Assembly: GCA_020184695.1 (NCBI GenBank) | Contig: JAANOX010000064.1 | Location: 154,285-218,284 of the forward strand | Direction of reading: 5' to 3' | DNA length: 64,000 nucleotides | Source of the DNA: Histomonas meleagridis 2922-C6/04-290x | Taxonomy: Eukaryota; Protista; Parabasalia | Shown: positions 30,472-41,778 of the stretch, piece by piece | Numbering within the stretch: the first letter of the stretch is position 1 | How the letters are laid out: every line of letters begins with the position of its first letter | Notes under the pieces: generated by a model | The model's database searches: none | What the model was told of the DNA's origin: nothing | What the model saw: only the letters and a program-made list of their open reading frames with translations | Made by a program: the position numbers and the translations under genes

Positions 30472-31884
30472 TTAATAATTATTCTTAATAAGTTCAGTGG
30501 CTATCTGGGAAAAATCATCACTACTATTTTCAACAAACTGTAAAAATTCCAAAATTTTTTCAATTATTTGAGAATTTTCTTCATCAGTTTTTTGCATAAG
30601 TATTTTCCCAGCGCTTTTTACAGCTATTTCTTCTATCTCAAGAAAACCTGTCTCAGCCACTTCATACGCCATTATGATGACATTTAATTTATAATCGAAC
30701 TCAAAATATTTAAGTCCACAAATATTCACTAAAGCAAGAACAAAATACGCAGCGCTTTCCTTAGCCGAATATTGCGTATCATTTAACAACGCGTTACAAA
30801 AACAAATTGCGTTATTATAATCAAAATTATCCCACTCAATTAAATCCCTCATTTTTAAAGCTAAAAGTTTCATTGCGACTGAAGTTATATCTTTATCTTT
30901 ACATTCTACCATTAATATATGATGATACTTTTGGGCTAAATCAAAAACAATTTGCTCATTTACAAAATTCGAAATTTCTTGATTACATTTAATAAACTCA
31001 GAAAACAATTGTAAAACAGAATAAATAATTTTCGGATGTTGATCAACATGAATTAATTCACTTAAAGTTTCAATAATTCCATTTTCAAAATATTTAAATC
31101 GTAAATCATTTCGATTGTCCCAAATTTTTTGCAAGTTTTTACATATGATATATATAATATGTAAAGTAGGTTCTTCTTCTCGAATTGTCGTTATATAAAA
31201 TTGTAATACTATATCGATAACATTCGGATGTATTGTTTTCCATTTGCAAATGTTACCAAAAAAATTAAACGTTCCTTTTTCAATATTTTCATTTTCTTCA
31301 TTACGGATTTCTTTACAAATCTGAAGCTTGGAGCAATAAATATCAAAAAACGATTGATGGCCATTGATTGGTTGAAGAAATAGCTGACAAACGCCTTCAT
31401 GAAGTGATGCAAGTTGACTTAGAACTCGTACAATGAAGTAAGGAAGATTATATCTGACTTTGTCAGACATAAACTGGGTGTATTCTAAAAAGGGATAAAA
31501 TGTTTGTAATGATTCAGACCGAAGAAAAAAATTAATTGTTTCAGGATATATTGATAAAAGTAAATATATAATTTGAAGTGACCTGATTTGGCACTCAAGG
31601 CTGCTTCTTAGATTATTCGCAATGGAAAGAAGTAATTGAAATAAGGAAGTTTGATAAACAATTTCAAGTTTTGGCGGCGTACGTTCTCTTAAATATTCAT
31701 GAAACATAAAAAGGTTGTTTTCTAATGTGCTTGAATCAATTTCTTCTTGATTATTGAGATTTCGAATTTGACCAATTAATGGAACCCAACTAACAGTCGA
31801 CTTTCCTTCTTTTGTTAATAGTTCTTCTTGTGTTTTAAATCGTTTTTTTCGTGGAGTTTTCTTATATAATGACAATAAATTCAT
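30472..31884 (-). CDS. Hypothetical ARM/HEAT-like helical repeat protein
   Basis: Long helical ORF with importin-alpha-like flavour (YSAKESAAYFVLALV). First ATG at 31884; the track start is TTG. Confidence 0.7.
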   Translation of the reverse strand: MNLLSLYKKTPRKKRFKTQEELLTKEGKSTVSWVPLIGQIRNLNNQEEIDSSTLENNLFMFHEYLRERTPPKLEIVYQTSLFQLLLSIANNLRSSLECQIRSLQIIYLLLSIYPETINFFLRSESLQTFYPFLEYTQFMSDKVRYNLPYFIVRVLSQLASLHEGVCQLFLQPINGHQSFFDIYCSKLQICKEIRNEENENIEKGTFNFFGNICKWKTIHPNVIDIVLQFYITTIREEEPTLHIIYIICKNLQKIWDNRNDLRFKYFENGIIETLSELIHVDQHPKIIYSVLQLFSEFIKCNQEISNFVNEQIVFDLAQKYHHILMVECKDKDITSVAMKLLALKMRDLIEWDNFDYNNAICFCNALLNDTQYSAKESAAYFVLALVNICGLKYFEFDYKLNVIIMAYEVAETGFLEIEEIAVKSAGKILMQKTDEENSQIIEKILEFLQFVENSSDDFSQIATELIKNNY

Positions 31885-31964
31885 TTTGTAATGCGACGCC
31901 AAAGACCGTTAATATAACCGACCGTTAAATACTGGAAAAGTTTTACACAAATTGTTCAAGTAAA

Positions 31965-33200
31965 ATGTGGATTGAACTATCAATTCTGATTATCATTCTA
32001 GAATTTTTACTTAGTCAATATCTTATGCGTAGGCAAAGGAAAACAATTAAAAATGCAAAATCTCCACCTGAAATTTATAAAGATCAATTTACTGATGAAG
32101 AATTTCAAACTGCTAAAAATTATGCACTCGACAAGATAAACTTTTCTATTTTAATGGATGTTGTTGATACCATTGAAAGCATCATTGAAGTTTTTATTCT
32201 TTCTAAATTATGGAAATTAACCGCTATTTTTGAAAGTGAGATTATTCATTCACTCATCTTTTTAGCGCTTTCCTCTGTATTAAGTACCATACTTTCAATT
32301 CCTTCTAGTTATTATTCCAATTTTGTTATTGAACAAAAATATGGCTTTAACAATCTCACAATCAAACTTTGGCTTACTGACAAGGTTAAGAGTCTTATCA
32401 TCAACCTTATTATCAGCTCTATTCTTATTCCAATAATAATTTTCATCTACAACAAGGCCGGTGCCAAATTTGTTCTTGTTGCCCAAATCATCATTGTCAT
32501 ACTTTCGCTTGTTCTTAATGTCATTGCGCCCATTCTTATCATTCCTCTTTTCACAGTTCTTACACCAATCGTTGAAGGCCCAATTTATGACTCCATTTCG
32601 AAACTTTGTCAAGAATCCGAATTTAACATTGGCAAAATATATGAAGCCGATGACTCAAAGCGTTCATCACATACCAACGCAATGGTATTTGGACTTTTTA
32701 CTAAGAAGATTGCATTAGCTGATACACTTGTTAAAAACTCAACGCCCGAAAAGATCGCTGCTGTTGTTGGACATGAGATTGGCCACTCGAAACATCATCA
32801 CATATTGAAACAATTTTTGATATCTCAAGTAAGTACATCTTTGATGTTAACAACACTTTACTTCGTAATGAGCTTGGATAAGCCTTTTGTGGAATTCGGC
32901 TTTAGTGATAAGCCTTTAATTGCTGGTATAATAATCACGACGTTAATCGCAACGCCATTCAGCGATTTGTTGGATTTGCCTTTGAACATGCTATCAAGAT
33001 ATATGGAAAGGCAGGCAGACGAATTTGCTGCTTTGAAAGGTTTGCCTTTGGATGAGGCTTTGATAGATTTGGTGAAGGATAATAAGTCACCAATTGAACC
33101 TGACCCTTTATACGCCGCTTTCGTAAGTAGTCACCCAACTACTGTGGAAAGAGTGAAATTCGTAAGAGAAATACAAAAGAAATTAAAGAAAAAAGATTAG
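31965..33200 (+). CDS. STE24: CAAX prenyl protease Ste24 (peptidase M48)
   Basis: Multi-TM N-terminus, DDSKRSSHTNAMVFG, HEIGH zinc motif, ERQADEFA, SHPTTVERV. Confidence 0.93.
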   Translation: MWIELSILIIILEFLLSQYLMRRQRKTIKNAKSPPEIYKDQFTDEEFQTAKNYALDKINFSILMDVVDTIESIIEVFILSKLWKLTAIFESEIIHSLIFLALSSVLSTILSIPSSYYSNFVIEQKYGFNNLTIKLWLTDKVKSLIINLIISSILIPIIIFIYNKAGAKFVLVAQIIIVILSLVLNVIAPILIIPLFTVLTPIVEGPIYDSISKLCQESEFNIGKIYEADDSKRSSHTNAMVFGLFTKKIALADTLVKNSTPEKIAAVVGHEIGHSKHHHILKQFLISQVSTSLMLTTLYFVMSLDKPFVEFGFSDKPLIAGIIITTLIATPFSDLLDLPLNMLSRYMERQADEFAALKGLPLDEALIDLVKDNKSPIEPDPLYAAFVSSHPTTVERVKFVREIQKKLKKKD

Positions 33201-33299
33201 ATGTAAAATAAAAGTGGCGTTTAAGCTGACATTACGATCATTTTTTACTCAAAAAAAAACATTTGAATGAAGTGTACGTTTGTAACAAGGCGCCCCAAA

Positions 33300-34463
33300 A
33301 TGTTTCTTCTCTTATTCCAATGCGTAATTTCGACATCAATTCAATTAAACAAAGAAACAATAGACGATGTTTTCAACAAATCTCTTCCAATTTTCGTAGA
33401 AATATGGGATCCATGGTGCCAACATTGCAAACATTTCAAGCCTTCATGGGAAGCTTTAAGTAATGATCCTGAGTTATCAGACAAAGTTATTTTTGCAGAT
33501 GTTAATTGCGTTAGTCAAAAATCTATCGCAAAACAATTTCCTGGTTCTGGCACGCCTAGATTTTTTTGGGTTGACTCAAGGACAAAAAGCAAACGTCAAT
33601 ATGTTGGACCCAACATTGATTTGTTAATGCGTGATTTCATATTAAAACAGCTTCATCCGACAATTTACCAAATTGATCAAAATAGTATTCCAAATCTTAG
33701 CACATACGCAAGTGTCCAACCAATTTTTTTCTTTAACATCTCAAAGGTTGATGATACATCAATTCATCTTTGCGAAGAACTTGTTTCTGAGCATTCCAAT
33801 CTCGATGTTAATTTTACTGTTTATTATGATGATACAATTCATCACCCTACTGTAACATGGATTGCGCGTGATGGGGTAACCAATTCTTTCAATTTAGAAT
33901 GGAATTATGAAAATCTTCATAATTTCATAATGATTCATTCGCTTCATTTTTTGACTCTTTACACACAACTTGTTAATTACTATATTGATGTATTCAATCT
34001 TACTACATTTGTTTTCTTATTTCCAACGAATAATGAAAATCACATCAAGCTCATTAACTCTGCAAAGGCTGTTGAATCATTTGGGTTAACAACTCGAACT
34101 GATTGTCAGCGCTATAATTATATTTGCAGATATACGAGCAGATGGCCTAAAAATAATGGCAATATCATTCTTATCAATAAAAACATGAAAAAGTTTTGGA
34201 CATATGATAAGGAAATAGAACCGAAACAAGTTTTTCAATGGGCAAAAGCTGTTTTGGATGGGGAAATCAAAGCAAAAGGGCCTTATAATATGATACCAAG
34301 ACAATTATGGGATTTCTTATATGAAATAAGAGGAGTTGGTGGATTTAGATATTATATTTTATTGGTTCCGATTGGAATGTCTTCGCTTATTGTTTTGATG
34401 TTTTTGTTTTCATTATTGTCTCAAATTAAATTCAAAAGAAGAAATCATAACCATATCGAATAG
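33300..34463 (+). CDS. Thioredoxin/PDI-like type I membrane protein
   Basis: Signal-like MFLLLFQC, WDPWCQHCKHF active site, C-terminal TM followed by a basic tail. Confidence 0.8.
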   Translation: MFLLLFQCVISTSIQLNKETIDDVFNKSLPIFVEIWDPWCQHCKHFKPSWEALSNDPELSDKVIFADVNCVSQKSIAKQFPGSGTPRFFWVDSRTKSKRQYVGPNIDLLMRDFILKQLHPTIYQIDQNSIPNLSTYASVQPIFFFNISKVDDTSIHLCEELVSEHSNLDVNFTVYYDDTIHHPTVTWIARDGVTNSFNLEWNYENLHNFIMIHSLHFLTLYTQLVNYYIDVFNLTTFVFLFPTNNENHIKLINSAKAVESFGLTTRTDCQRYNYICRYTSRWPKNNGNIILINKNMKKFWTYDKEIEPKQVFQWAKAVLDGEIKAKGPYNMIPRQLWDFLYEIRGVGGFRYYILLVPIGMSSLIVLMFLFSLLSQIKFKRRNHNHIE

Positions 34464-34896
34464 ACAATCATTAGATGCGATTATGGCATTGTTGGATTTG
34501 TGGAAATAATAAAAATAATATAATTTTTAAAACTTTTATGTAAAAGAAACATGTTTAAAAGATACTGAATTTATGTTAATGGAAATGATCAATAATAATA
34601 TTGTTATAGAAAAAATGAGTTGATATTAAAAATTAAAAAAATTTAGAAGATTTTTTGCCAAACACCATTTATTTGAAGAAATTTAAAAAAAGAATTAACA
34701 TTTTTTCAAATTCTTTGATAATAAACGAATGTAAACGAAAAACATTTTAATATTAATAGATTATATTATATTTTTACTTTGAGAGTATTAAAATTCCTTT
34801 GACTTGGAGAAATTTCTCAGTAAAAAACACACTGAAGCTTTCCTCAGTCAAAATTTTCACATAGCAGTGAAATCAATCTTCAGCCATTGAGGCTGA

Positions 34897-35211
34897 ATGC
34901 TTTCAGGGAATTATAACGACGAAAATGATCCCAATGATGGAAGCAGAAATCAAAATCTTTATCCTCACAGAACTACAGCATATCTGACAAAATACGAAAA
35001 AGCTAGAGTACTTGGAACAAGAGCACTTCAAATTTCACAAGGTGCTCCTGTAGACCCTGATGTTGAAGGTGATTTGAAAGATCCTCTTCTCATTGCTGAG
35101 GTTGAACTTCGCAAAAAACTTACTCCGTTAATTATTCGTAGATATTTGCCAGATGGAACTTATGAGGATGTAGCCGTTCGAAACCTATTAACATTTGAAA
35201 AATCTACATAA
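34897..35211 (+). CDS. RPB6: RNA polymerase I/II/III subunit RPB6
   Basis: [35 protein letters not shown]....[15 protein letters not shown]. Confidence 0.97.
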   Translation: MLSGNYNDENDPNDGSRNQNLYPHRTTAYLTKYEKARVLGTRALQISQGAPVDPDVEGDLKDPLLIAEVELRKKLTPLIIRRYLPDGTYEDVAVRNLLTFEKST

Positions 35212-35402
35212 CAAATACATGTCAATAAAATCATTTCGAAATTTAAATTATTAGGAATTAACAAATTTGTTATAAATAAAATCGAAAACTAGTTTTCTAT
35301 ACTAATGTAGGAAAAAAAAGATTTGACTTAGTGATACAAGATTGATATATTAATTGTTCTTATTAATTAAAAAAATGAATTTAAAATTAATAAAAAAAAT
35401 CT

Positions 35403-35474
35403 TTCCGATACGGGGAGTCGAACCCCGCTCCCGTGGATGAAAACCACATATCCTAACCGATGAACGATATCGGA
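35403..35474 (-). tRNA. trnE-TTC: tRNA-Glu (anticodon TTC)
   Basis: TCCGATA acceptor stem pairs with TATCGGA; anticodon arm TGTGG-TTTTCAT-CCACG; T-arm GCGGG-TTCGACT-CCCCGT; 72 nt. Confidence 0.96.
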
Positions 35475-35590
35475 AGACGAAATTAATTTTGTACTATAAT
35501 AGTAGATGCATATTTAAATACATCATTTTTGAAAATGTTTTTAAACAATTTTCAAAAATTACAATCAATTTACTCGAATACTAATAGTTT

Positions 35591-36907
35591 TTACTTATTT
35601 TGCTGAGCATACATCTCGCGTATACTTTTGTTTTCATTCATTAAGTTATTTAATGTATCTGTTAGTGTTGTAATTGTTTTTTTCAGTTCGATATTCTGCA
35701 GAACAAGTTCTTCAAGTAGAAGTTGTTTTTCCTGAAATTCAGGCATCGCAAGGATTGTAGACGTGGGCCTCATCTTTAACGACAAAGTCTGAATCTCAAG
35801 GTCTTTATCGCGTAGTTCTCTGTTTGTTGCATCAATCTCGTTTTCAACGTCGGCGGTTTTTCTTCTCAATTCTTCTTTTTCACTTTGCACTTGTTTAACT
35901 TGCTTTTCGAGATCGCTGTCAAGCGTTGGTGTGTCTGGGCTTCGGCCTGTTTCCTTCATGTAATTAAGTTTTTTACGTATGCTTTGGATTTCCTCATTCA
36001 GATTTGTAATTTCATCATTTTGAGACTTTTGAAGTTTCTCAATGGAGAGTTGATGCTCGTGATGTCTGGACTCAATAGCGGCGAGTTCATCTTGGATGGG
36101 TTTCTTGATTGCTTTGTATTTTTCGATGATTTGATCTCTTTGACTCATGATTGAATCAATAGTTGATTGAATGTTTGAGCGCCTTTCAAGAAGTTCCTTT
36201 CGAGTTGCATTTGTTTTTTGGATTTCTTCTTGTATTGAAGAAAGTTGTTTTTGGTAATCTTCTAATTTCTTATTTGCATGCTCAAGATTTTGTTTGACAC
36301 TGTCAAGATCTTTATCAAGTGTTTCTTTTTTACTATTTAGATTTTCTTGCTCGGAACAAAGCTTATTGATTGTTTTTTGCTCATTTGATGTTTTTTGTTG
36401 GAGTACGTTAATTTTCTGTGTTAAATCTTCGATGTACATTGGTATATAACGAGTGGATCTAAGGAAAGCAAGCATGGGATTGAAGCGTTCTTTTTGGAGT
36501 TGAAGGTCTAGTTTTATTTGATTATGTTTTTGGAATCTTGCTTCAAATTTATTAATTTTTTCTCTGAGTTTTTCAAGTTCTTCTTCCTTGCCTTGAATTT
36601 GCTGTGTGGTTGCTTCGATTTTAAGAGTTAGTTCTTCAATTTTGATTTCTTGGTTTTCTTTTTCTTTTGCATGCGATGCTTCTTCTTGAAGTTTTGAAAT
36701 TTCATCATGGAGGATTTTAATTGAATCCTCATGTCTTTGTCTTCCCTCTTTTCTTTGATTTTCTAATGATTCGATTTGTTGAAGAAGCTGTTTGTATTCT
36801 TCATTTTCTTTGCTTAATTGTTTTATTTCATCTTTCAGTTGAAAATTCTTTTGTCCTTGCTCTAGGATGTTTGCTTGAAAAACAGCAAATTCTTCTTCTG
36901 TTTGCAT
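35591..36907 (-). CDS. Hypothetical long coiled-coil protein
   Basis: 438-aa ORF with continuous heptad K/E/Q/L composition. Confidence 0.8.
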   Translation of the reverse strand: MQTEEEFAVFQANILEQGQKNFQLKDEIKQLSKENEEYKQLLQQIESLENQRKEGRQRHEDSIKILHDEISKLQEEASHAKEKENQEIKIEELTLKIEATTQQIQGKEEELEKLREKINKFEARFQKHNQIKLDLQLQKERFNPMLAFLRSTRYIPMYIEDLTQKINVLQQKTSNEQKTINKLCSEQENLNSKKETLDKDLDSVKQNLEHANKKLEDYQKQLSSIQEEIQKTNATRKELLERRSNIQSTIDSIMSQRDQIIEKYKAIKKPIQDELAAIESRHHEHQLSIEKLQKSQNDEITNLNEEIQSIRKKLNYMKETGRSPDTPTLDSDLEKQVKQVQSEKEELRRKTADVENEIDATNRELRDKDLEIQTLSLKMRPTSTILAMPEFQEKQLLLEELVLQNIELKKTITTLTDTLNNLMNENKSIREMYAQQNK

Positions 36908-37083
36908 ATTCCACTGACCGTTTATAAGCGGTTATGTTTTCAAAATATAAAACGATAAATCTTGCATTTTTTATAGTATTTTACATAACATTTCTCTTTT
37001 AGCCCAGACAACTTTTTTAGTTCAAAAAGTTGTTTGACATTCAAAAAGTTTCGTGTTAGGTCGGTGGCCTGACCATTGGATTG

Positions 37084-37842
37084 ATGGCTGCAAAGTATCA
37101 AATCGTTCTCCTTCGTCACGGTGAATCCCAATGGAACCTTGAAAACAAGTTCACAGGATGGTATGACTGTGATCTTTCTGCTAAAGGTGTTGAAGAAGCA
37201 AAGAATGCTGGTAAGGTTCTCAAGGAAAATGGCTTCGAATTTGATATTGCTTTCACATCAGTACTTAAGCGTGCCATCCGCACACTTTGGTTAACACTCG
37301 ATGGACTTGATCAAATGTACATCCCAGTTATTCGTTCATGGAGACTTAACGAACGTCACTATGGTGCTCTCCAAGGTCTCAACAAAGCAGAAACAGCTGA
37401 AAAGTATGGTGCTGAACAAGTTCTCCAATGGCGTCGTGCTTATGCTATCCCACCACCAGCCCTTGAAAAGACATCTGAATATTATCCAGGAAATGACAAG
37501 AAGTACAAGGAACTTGATCCATCTGTTCTTCCACTTCACGAATCACTTGCTACAACAATTGATCGTGTTATGCCATTCTGGCATGACCAAATTGTTCCAG
37601 CTATCCGCTCTGGAAAGAAGGTTCTCATTGCTGCTCACGGTAACTCACTTCGTGCTCTTGTTAAATATCTCGATAACATGAGTGAAGATGACATCGTTAA
37701 TCTTAACATCCCAACAGGTGTTCCCCTTGTCTATGACTTAGATGAAAACCTCAAGCCAGTTGGCCATCACTACCTTGGTGATCAAGCTGCAATTGAAGCT
37801 GCTATCAACGCAGTTGCTAACCAAGCTAACAAGAAGAAATAA
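37084..37842 (+). CDS. gpmA: 2,3-bisphosphoglycerate-dependent phosphoglycerate mutase
   Basis: [56 protein letters not shown]; strong codon bias. Confidence 0.97.
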   Translation: MAAKYQIVLLRHGESQWNLENKFTGWYDCDLSAKGVEEAKNAGKVLKENGFEFDIAFTSVLKRAIRTLWLTLDGLDQMYIPVIRSWRLNERHYGALQGLNKAETAEKYGAEQVLQWRRAYAIPPPALEKTSEYYPGNDKKYKELDPSVLPLHESLATTIDRVMPFWHDQIVPAIRSGKKVLIAAHGNSLRALVKYLDNMSEDDIVNLNIPTGVPLVYDLDENLKPVGHHYLGDQAAIEAAINAVANQANKKK

Positions 37843-38145
37843 AAACTTCAACCAGATTCTATTATCTTGTTTATATATATATATCACTTTTCATGAATGA
37901 GATGATTGATCAATATAAAAAAAAATAAATAACAATTAAAAAAAACTCAAAGCCAAATTAGACTTGCATTAGGCAGAATGTATGCATGCCATTCCATTTG
38001 AGAAATATTAATATCACGTAAAATCAACTTGATTCAGTAAATATATTTTTGAATGGCTTATTTATTTGACGTTTTTTTTCTTGACAACTCATATTTTTCA
38101 CAAAAAGTCATTACCGGTTTATCAAAGAATTTGGAAAGAATAGAT

Positions 38146-39534
38146 ATGAATAAAGAAAACGAGGCAACTCAGCAAACGCAATCTGCTGAAGTTGTTGACA
38201 ACAATCCAGAAAATACCACTGACGTAAAAAAGGAACAAGAAGTAACAGAAAATAATACAAAAAATGAAGAAGAAAAAAAGTCTGAACCTTCAAAGCCACA
38301 AGAATCTTCGCACTCAAATTCTACCATGTTTATTATTATAGGTGCAATTGCTATTTTAATTATCGGAATCGTTTTATATTTTATTTTACGAAAGGATCGA
38401 GCAATTCCTTTTGAAAAACCAATTCAGTATGTTTTCAACTCTCAATTTCGTAATGAACTTGAAACATACGTCAATTTAGATCACCATAAACAAATTTTAG
38501 TATTATATGGAGCAGACGGTGTCGGAAAAACCAGGGGCCTCACCACATTTGGTGAAGAGCTTCTTTCGGATGACCGTCTTGTCATTGATTTTGATTTTAG
38601 GTCAATCAGTCCCATTGCATCTGAGATCGACTTTGTTCAATTTCTTCAACAGTCTGTCATCAGCTCATTCCGAAACCTTGACAAACGTCAGTCTAAGCTT
38701 CCTGATCTCCGGAAATCTCTATCACTTGTTCGTGCATTATCAACCATTAATGGACCAATTTCGGAAACAGTTCCAAATGTTTGCAAAGATTCATTACTTC
38801 AATCAAGTTTCGCATCAATTTATACCGTTATTAATTCCATTTCTGTTAATCCCGAAATCTCAGTACCCGCATTATTTGAATCTATTAACTCTATTTCACC
38901 ACTTTCACCAGTTATATTTATTCATGATATCGAACGTCTTAATTCCTTCAACAACTCCATCATCCGCAAGTTCCTGCCACTTTTCTGGAATGTTTGTCAA
39001 AATTTTGCGCGCGATCGTAAAACGGTTTCGTTAATCATAGAAATTTCCGATTCTTCTTATTTAGTTGATCATGAGTTTTTATTCGAAAGTGAATCATATC
39101 GAATTGTCCGTGTAGGAGATTTACCACTTGCTGCACATAAGTCGACATTTGTTGATAATAAAATCTTATCGCCATCTGAATATCAAAGTATCTCCGAAAA
39201 AATTGGCGGGCATGGACAAAGTTATGCACTGTTATATGAATATATGCGTGAAGGATATTCACCGAATTCAGCTATCAAGAAATTATTGAAAAAGGCTAAA
39301 AACATTATAATCGATGTAATACAATTTGGAGAAACTAAAAACGAAAGGAAAATTAGATTAAACTTAATCAAGAAATCATTGAAGCAAGTAATTAGTGTAG
39401 AGACTGATAAGAAGGAAATTAAAGAATTACTTAAATGGAATGTGTTGGCATTGGAAAATAGAACACATTGCTCAATCTCGAATAAAATTATGGAAAAGGC
39501 TGCTGAAGAAGTAATAAAGAAAATTCGTAAGTAA
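38146..39534 (+). CDS. Membrane-anchored P-loop NTPase (AAA/ATPase_2-like)
   Basis: Acidic N-terminus, one TM (MFIIIGAIAILIIGIVLYFIL), Walker A GADGVGKT, Walker B-like VIFIHD. ATG at 38146 preferred. Confidence 0.65.
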   Translation: MNKENEATQQTQSAEVVDNNPENTTDVKKEQEVTENNTKNEEEKKSEPSKPQESSHSNSTMFIIIGAIAILIIGIVLYFILRKDRAIPFEKPIQYVFNSQFRNELETYVNLDHHKQILVLYGADGVGKTRGLTTFGEELLSDDRLVIDFDFRSISPIASEIDFVQFLQQSVISSFRNLDKRQSKLPDLRKSLSLVRALSTINGPISETVPNVCKDSLLQSSFASIYTVINSISVNPEISVPALFESINSISPLSPVIFIHDIERLNSFNNSIIRKFLPLFWNVCQNFARDRKTVSLIIEISDSSYLVDHEFLFESESYRIVRVGDLPLAAHKSTFVDNKILSPSEYQSISEKIGGHGQSYALLYEYMREGYSPNSAIKKLLKKAKNIIIDVIQFGETKNERKIRLNLIKKSLKQVISVETDKKEIKELLKWNVLALENRTHCSISNKIMEKAAEEVIKKIRK

Positions 39535-39639
39535 ATAATTTTTATTTTATTTTTATTTATGATTTGGAACTTTAATTGTGTGCAATTTCGATTTTCTCCC
39601 TAATGTTGTGTGATAATAAGTTTTCGAAAAATGAATCAT

Positions 39640-40520
39640 CTTAAAAATAATGGATATTTAAAACATTCATTTTCAAAATTGTGTCCCTCCAAATTTGTTT
39701 TAATTTACCGAATAAGTAGAAGTCAATGGGGACAATATCTGGTGAATAGGGTGGTGAGGAAGTTGGCTCAATTCTAAGTTAAAAATAAAACTTTTGTTTT
39801 CAGTGAGGTGCGTGGTTTTGAATAATCGAAATATATCGAATACTTTTTTCTCCTATTAGGATATAATTTTTTTTCAAGTGGTTTTAATATATGATTAATG
39901 AAATATTCAGAATTAAATTTTTGACTGGGAGGTAGAACATCAATAATGAAGAAGCATCAGGGATTCCAAGATATCGTGAACATGAATTTTGGTTCCTAAA
40001 TTAACCTTTTCGGAATATTTTCAACTTTTTCTCGAGATTGTGCATAAATAAATTTATGAAAGTACCTTAAATAAAACCAAAACTCATTACATGTTATAAT
40101 GTGGCGATATCCTTCCTTTTGGAATTTTAAAAGTGCCTCTAACATTTGTTTGGAATATACCCTTTTCTTTTTCATATCACTTGTCAGCATGAGGGGGACC
40201 CACCGTCTATAATATTTTTTGTTCCCTAAATGTTCAATTAAATGAGTTTTGATAGTAAATAGATGATGGCCAAAGAGGTGTGCTAATCATTGAATTGAAA
40301 TATATGGATCAATATCAAGTCAGTATAAAATTTTTTCGGATATATCTTCTTATAATGGTCTCCTAGGGGACTCTATAATCTGAAGGTCTTTTCTCCTCTA
40401 CGAATTTCAGGAATTCAAAAATATACCGTGTTTTAGAGAGCGAAGAAAACAATGCTAAAAAAATTTCATAAATAGTCACAAAATTAACCAATCAAATTAC
40501 TATGAAGGGCATGCCCACTA
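39640..40520 (-). mobile_element. Mariner-type transposase pseudogene
   Basis: Fragments RRWVPLMLTSDMKKKRV, HIITCNEFWFY (IVTGDEKW-like), KFMFTISWNP, HPYSPDIVPIDFYLFGKLKQ; many stops and frameshifts. Confidence 0.85.
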
Positions 40521-40748
40521 CTAGTATGGCACAGAACCATATCCTTCAAGCTCACACGATTTTTTCCTTAGAAACAATTATGAAGAATTTAAAATATAAC
40601 AAATCAGGCAAAAGTTTCAAATATTTTTTAAAATTCCTTTATATTAATAATCATTTTATTCTTTGTTTATTTTAACAAACCAATTAATTGTTCCAAATCT
40701 GATTTTCATGGGAAAGAAATAAAAAGCTTTACATAATGGATTTATGTT

Positions 40749-41778
40749 TTACTTTTCTAAGAGTAATTTAACTATTTCTGTATGACCATTTGAAGATGCT
40801 TTCATAAGTGCTGTCCAAAATAATTTAAATTATTTTCAAATATTATTTTGAAATATAAATTCTAAATCAAACAAATAAATATCTTTAGCATTAATATCAA
40901 TTCCTTCTTGTTCAAGAAGTAATTTAACTATTTCTGTATGACCATTTCTAGATGCTAAAATAAGTGCTGTTAGAAATAATTTAAATAATTTCCAAATATT
41001 ATTTTGAAATATCAAATTATTAAAATAAATATTAAATAAAACAAATAAATATCTTTAGCATTAATATCAATTCCTTTTTGTTCAAGAAGTAATTGTACTA
41101 TTTCTGTATGACCTTTTGAAGATGCAATCATAAGAGTTGTTTCAAATATTTTAGATAATTTCCAAATATTATTTTGAAATAGAAAATTATTAAAATAAAT
41201 TTTGTCTTTAGCATTAATATCAATTCCTTCTTGTTCAAGAAGTAATTTAACTATTTCTGTTCTACCATATTCAGATGCCCATATAAGTGCTGTCCAAAAT
41301 AATTTAAACAATTTCCAAATATTATTTTGAAATATTCCAAAATTATTAAAATAAATATTAAATAAAACAAATGAATATCTTTAGCATTAATATCAATTCC
41401 TTTTTGTTCAAGAAGTAATTTAACTATTTCTGTTCTACCATTTCTAGATGCCCACATAAGTGGTGTATAAAATAATTTAAATAATTTCCAAAAATTATTT
41501 TGAAATATAAAATTATTAAAATAAATTTTATCTTTAGCATTAATATCAATTCCTTCTTGTTCAAGAAGTAATTGTACTATTTCTGTATGACCATTTGAAG
41601 ATGCTTTCATAAGTGCTGTCCAAAATAATTTAAATTATTTTCAAATATTATTTTGAAATATAAATTCTATATAAAACAAATAAATATCTTTAGCATTAAT
41701 ATCAATTCCTTCTTGTTCAAGAAGTAATTTAACTATTTCTGTATAACCATATTCAGATGCATATATAAGTGCTGTTTG
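40749..41778 (-). repeat. Tandem ankyrin-block/spacer array, period 153-173 nt
   Basis: Recurring tctttagcattaatatcaattccttcttgttcaagaagtaatt unit on the plus strand. Confidence 0.95.

Noticed and set aside
39560-40630. Terminal inverted repeats for the mariner relic
   Set aside because: Only a weak match of about 13 nt (atttggaacttt / atttgaaacttt); not convincing in AT-rich DNA.
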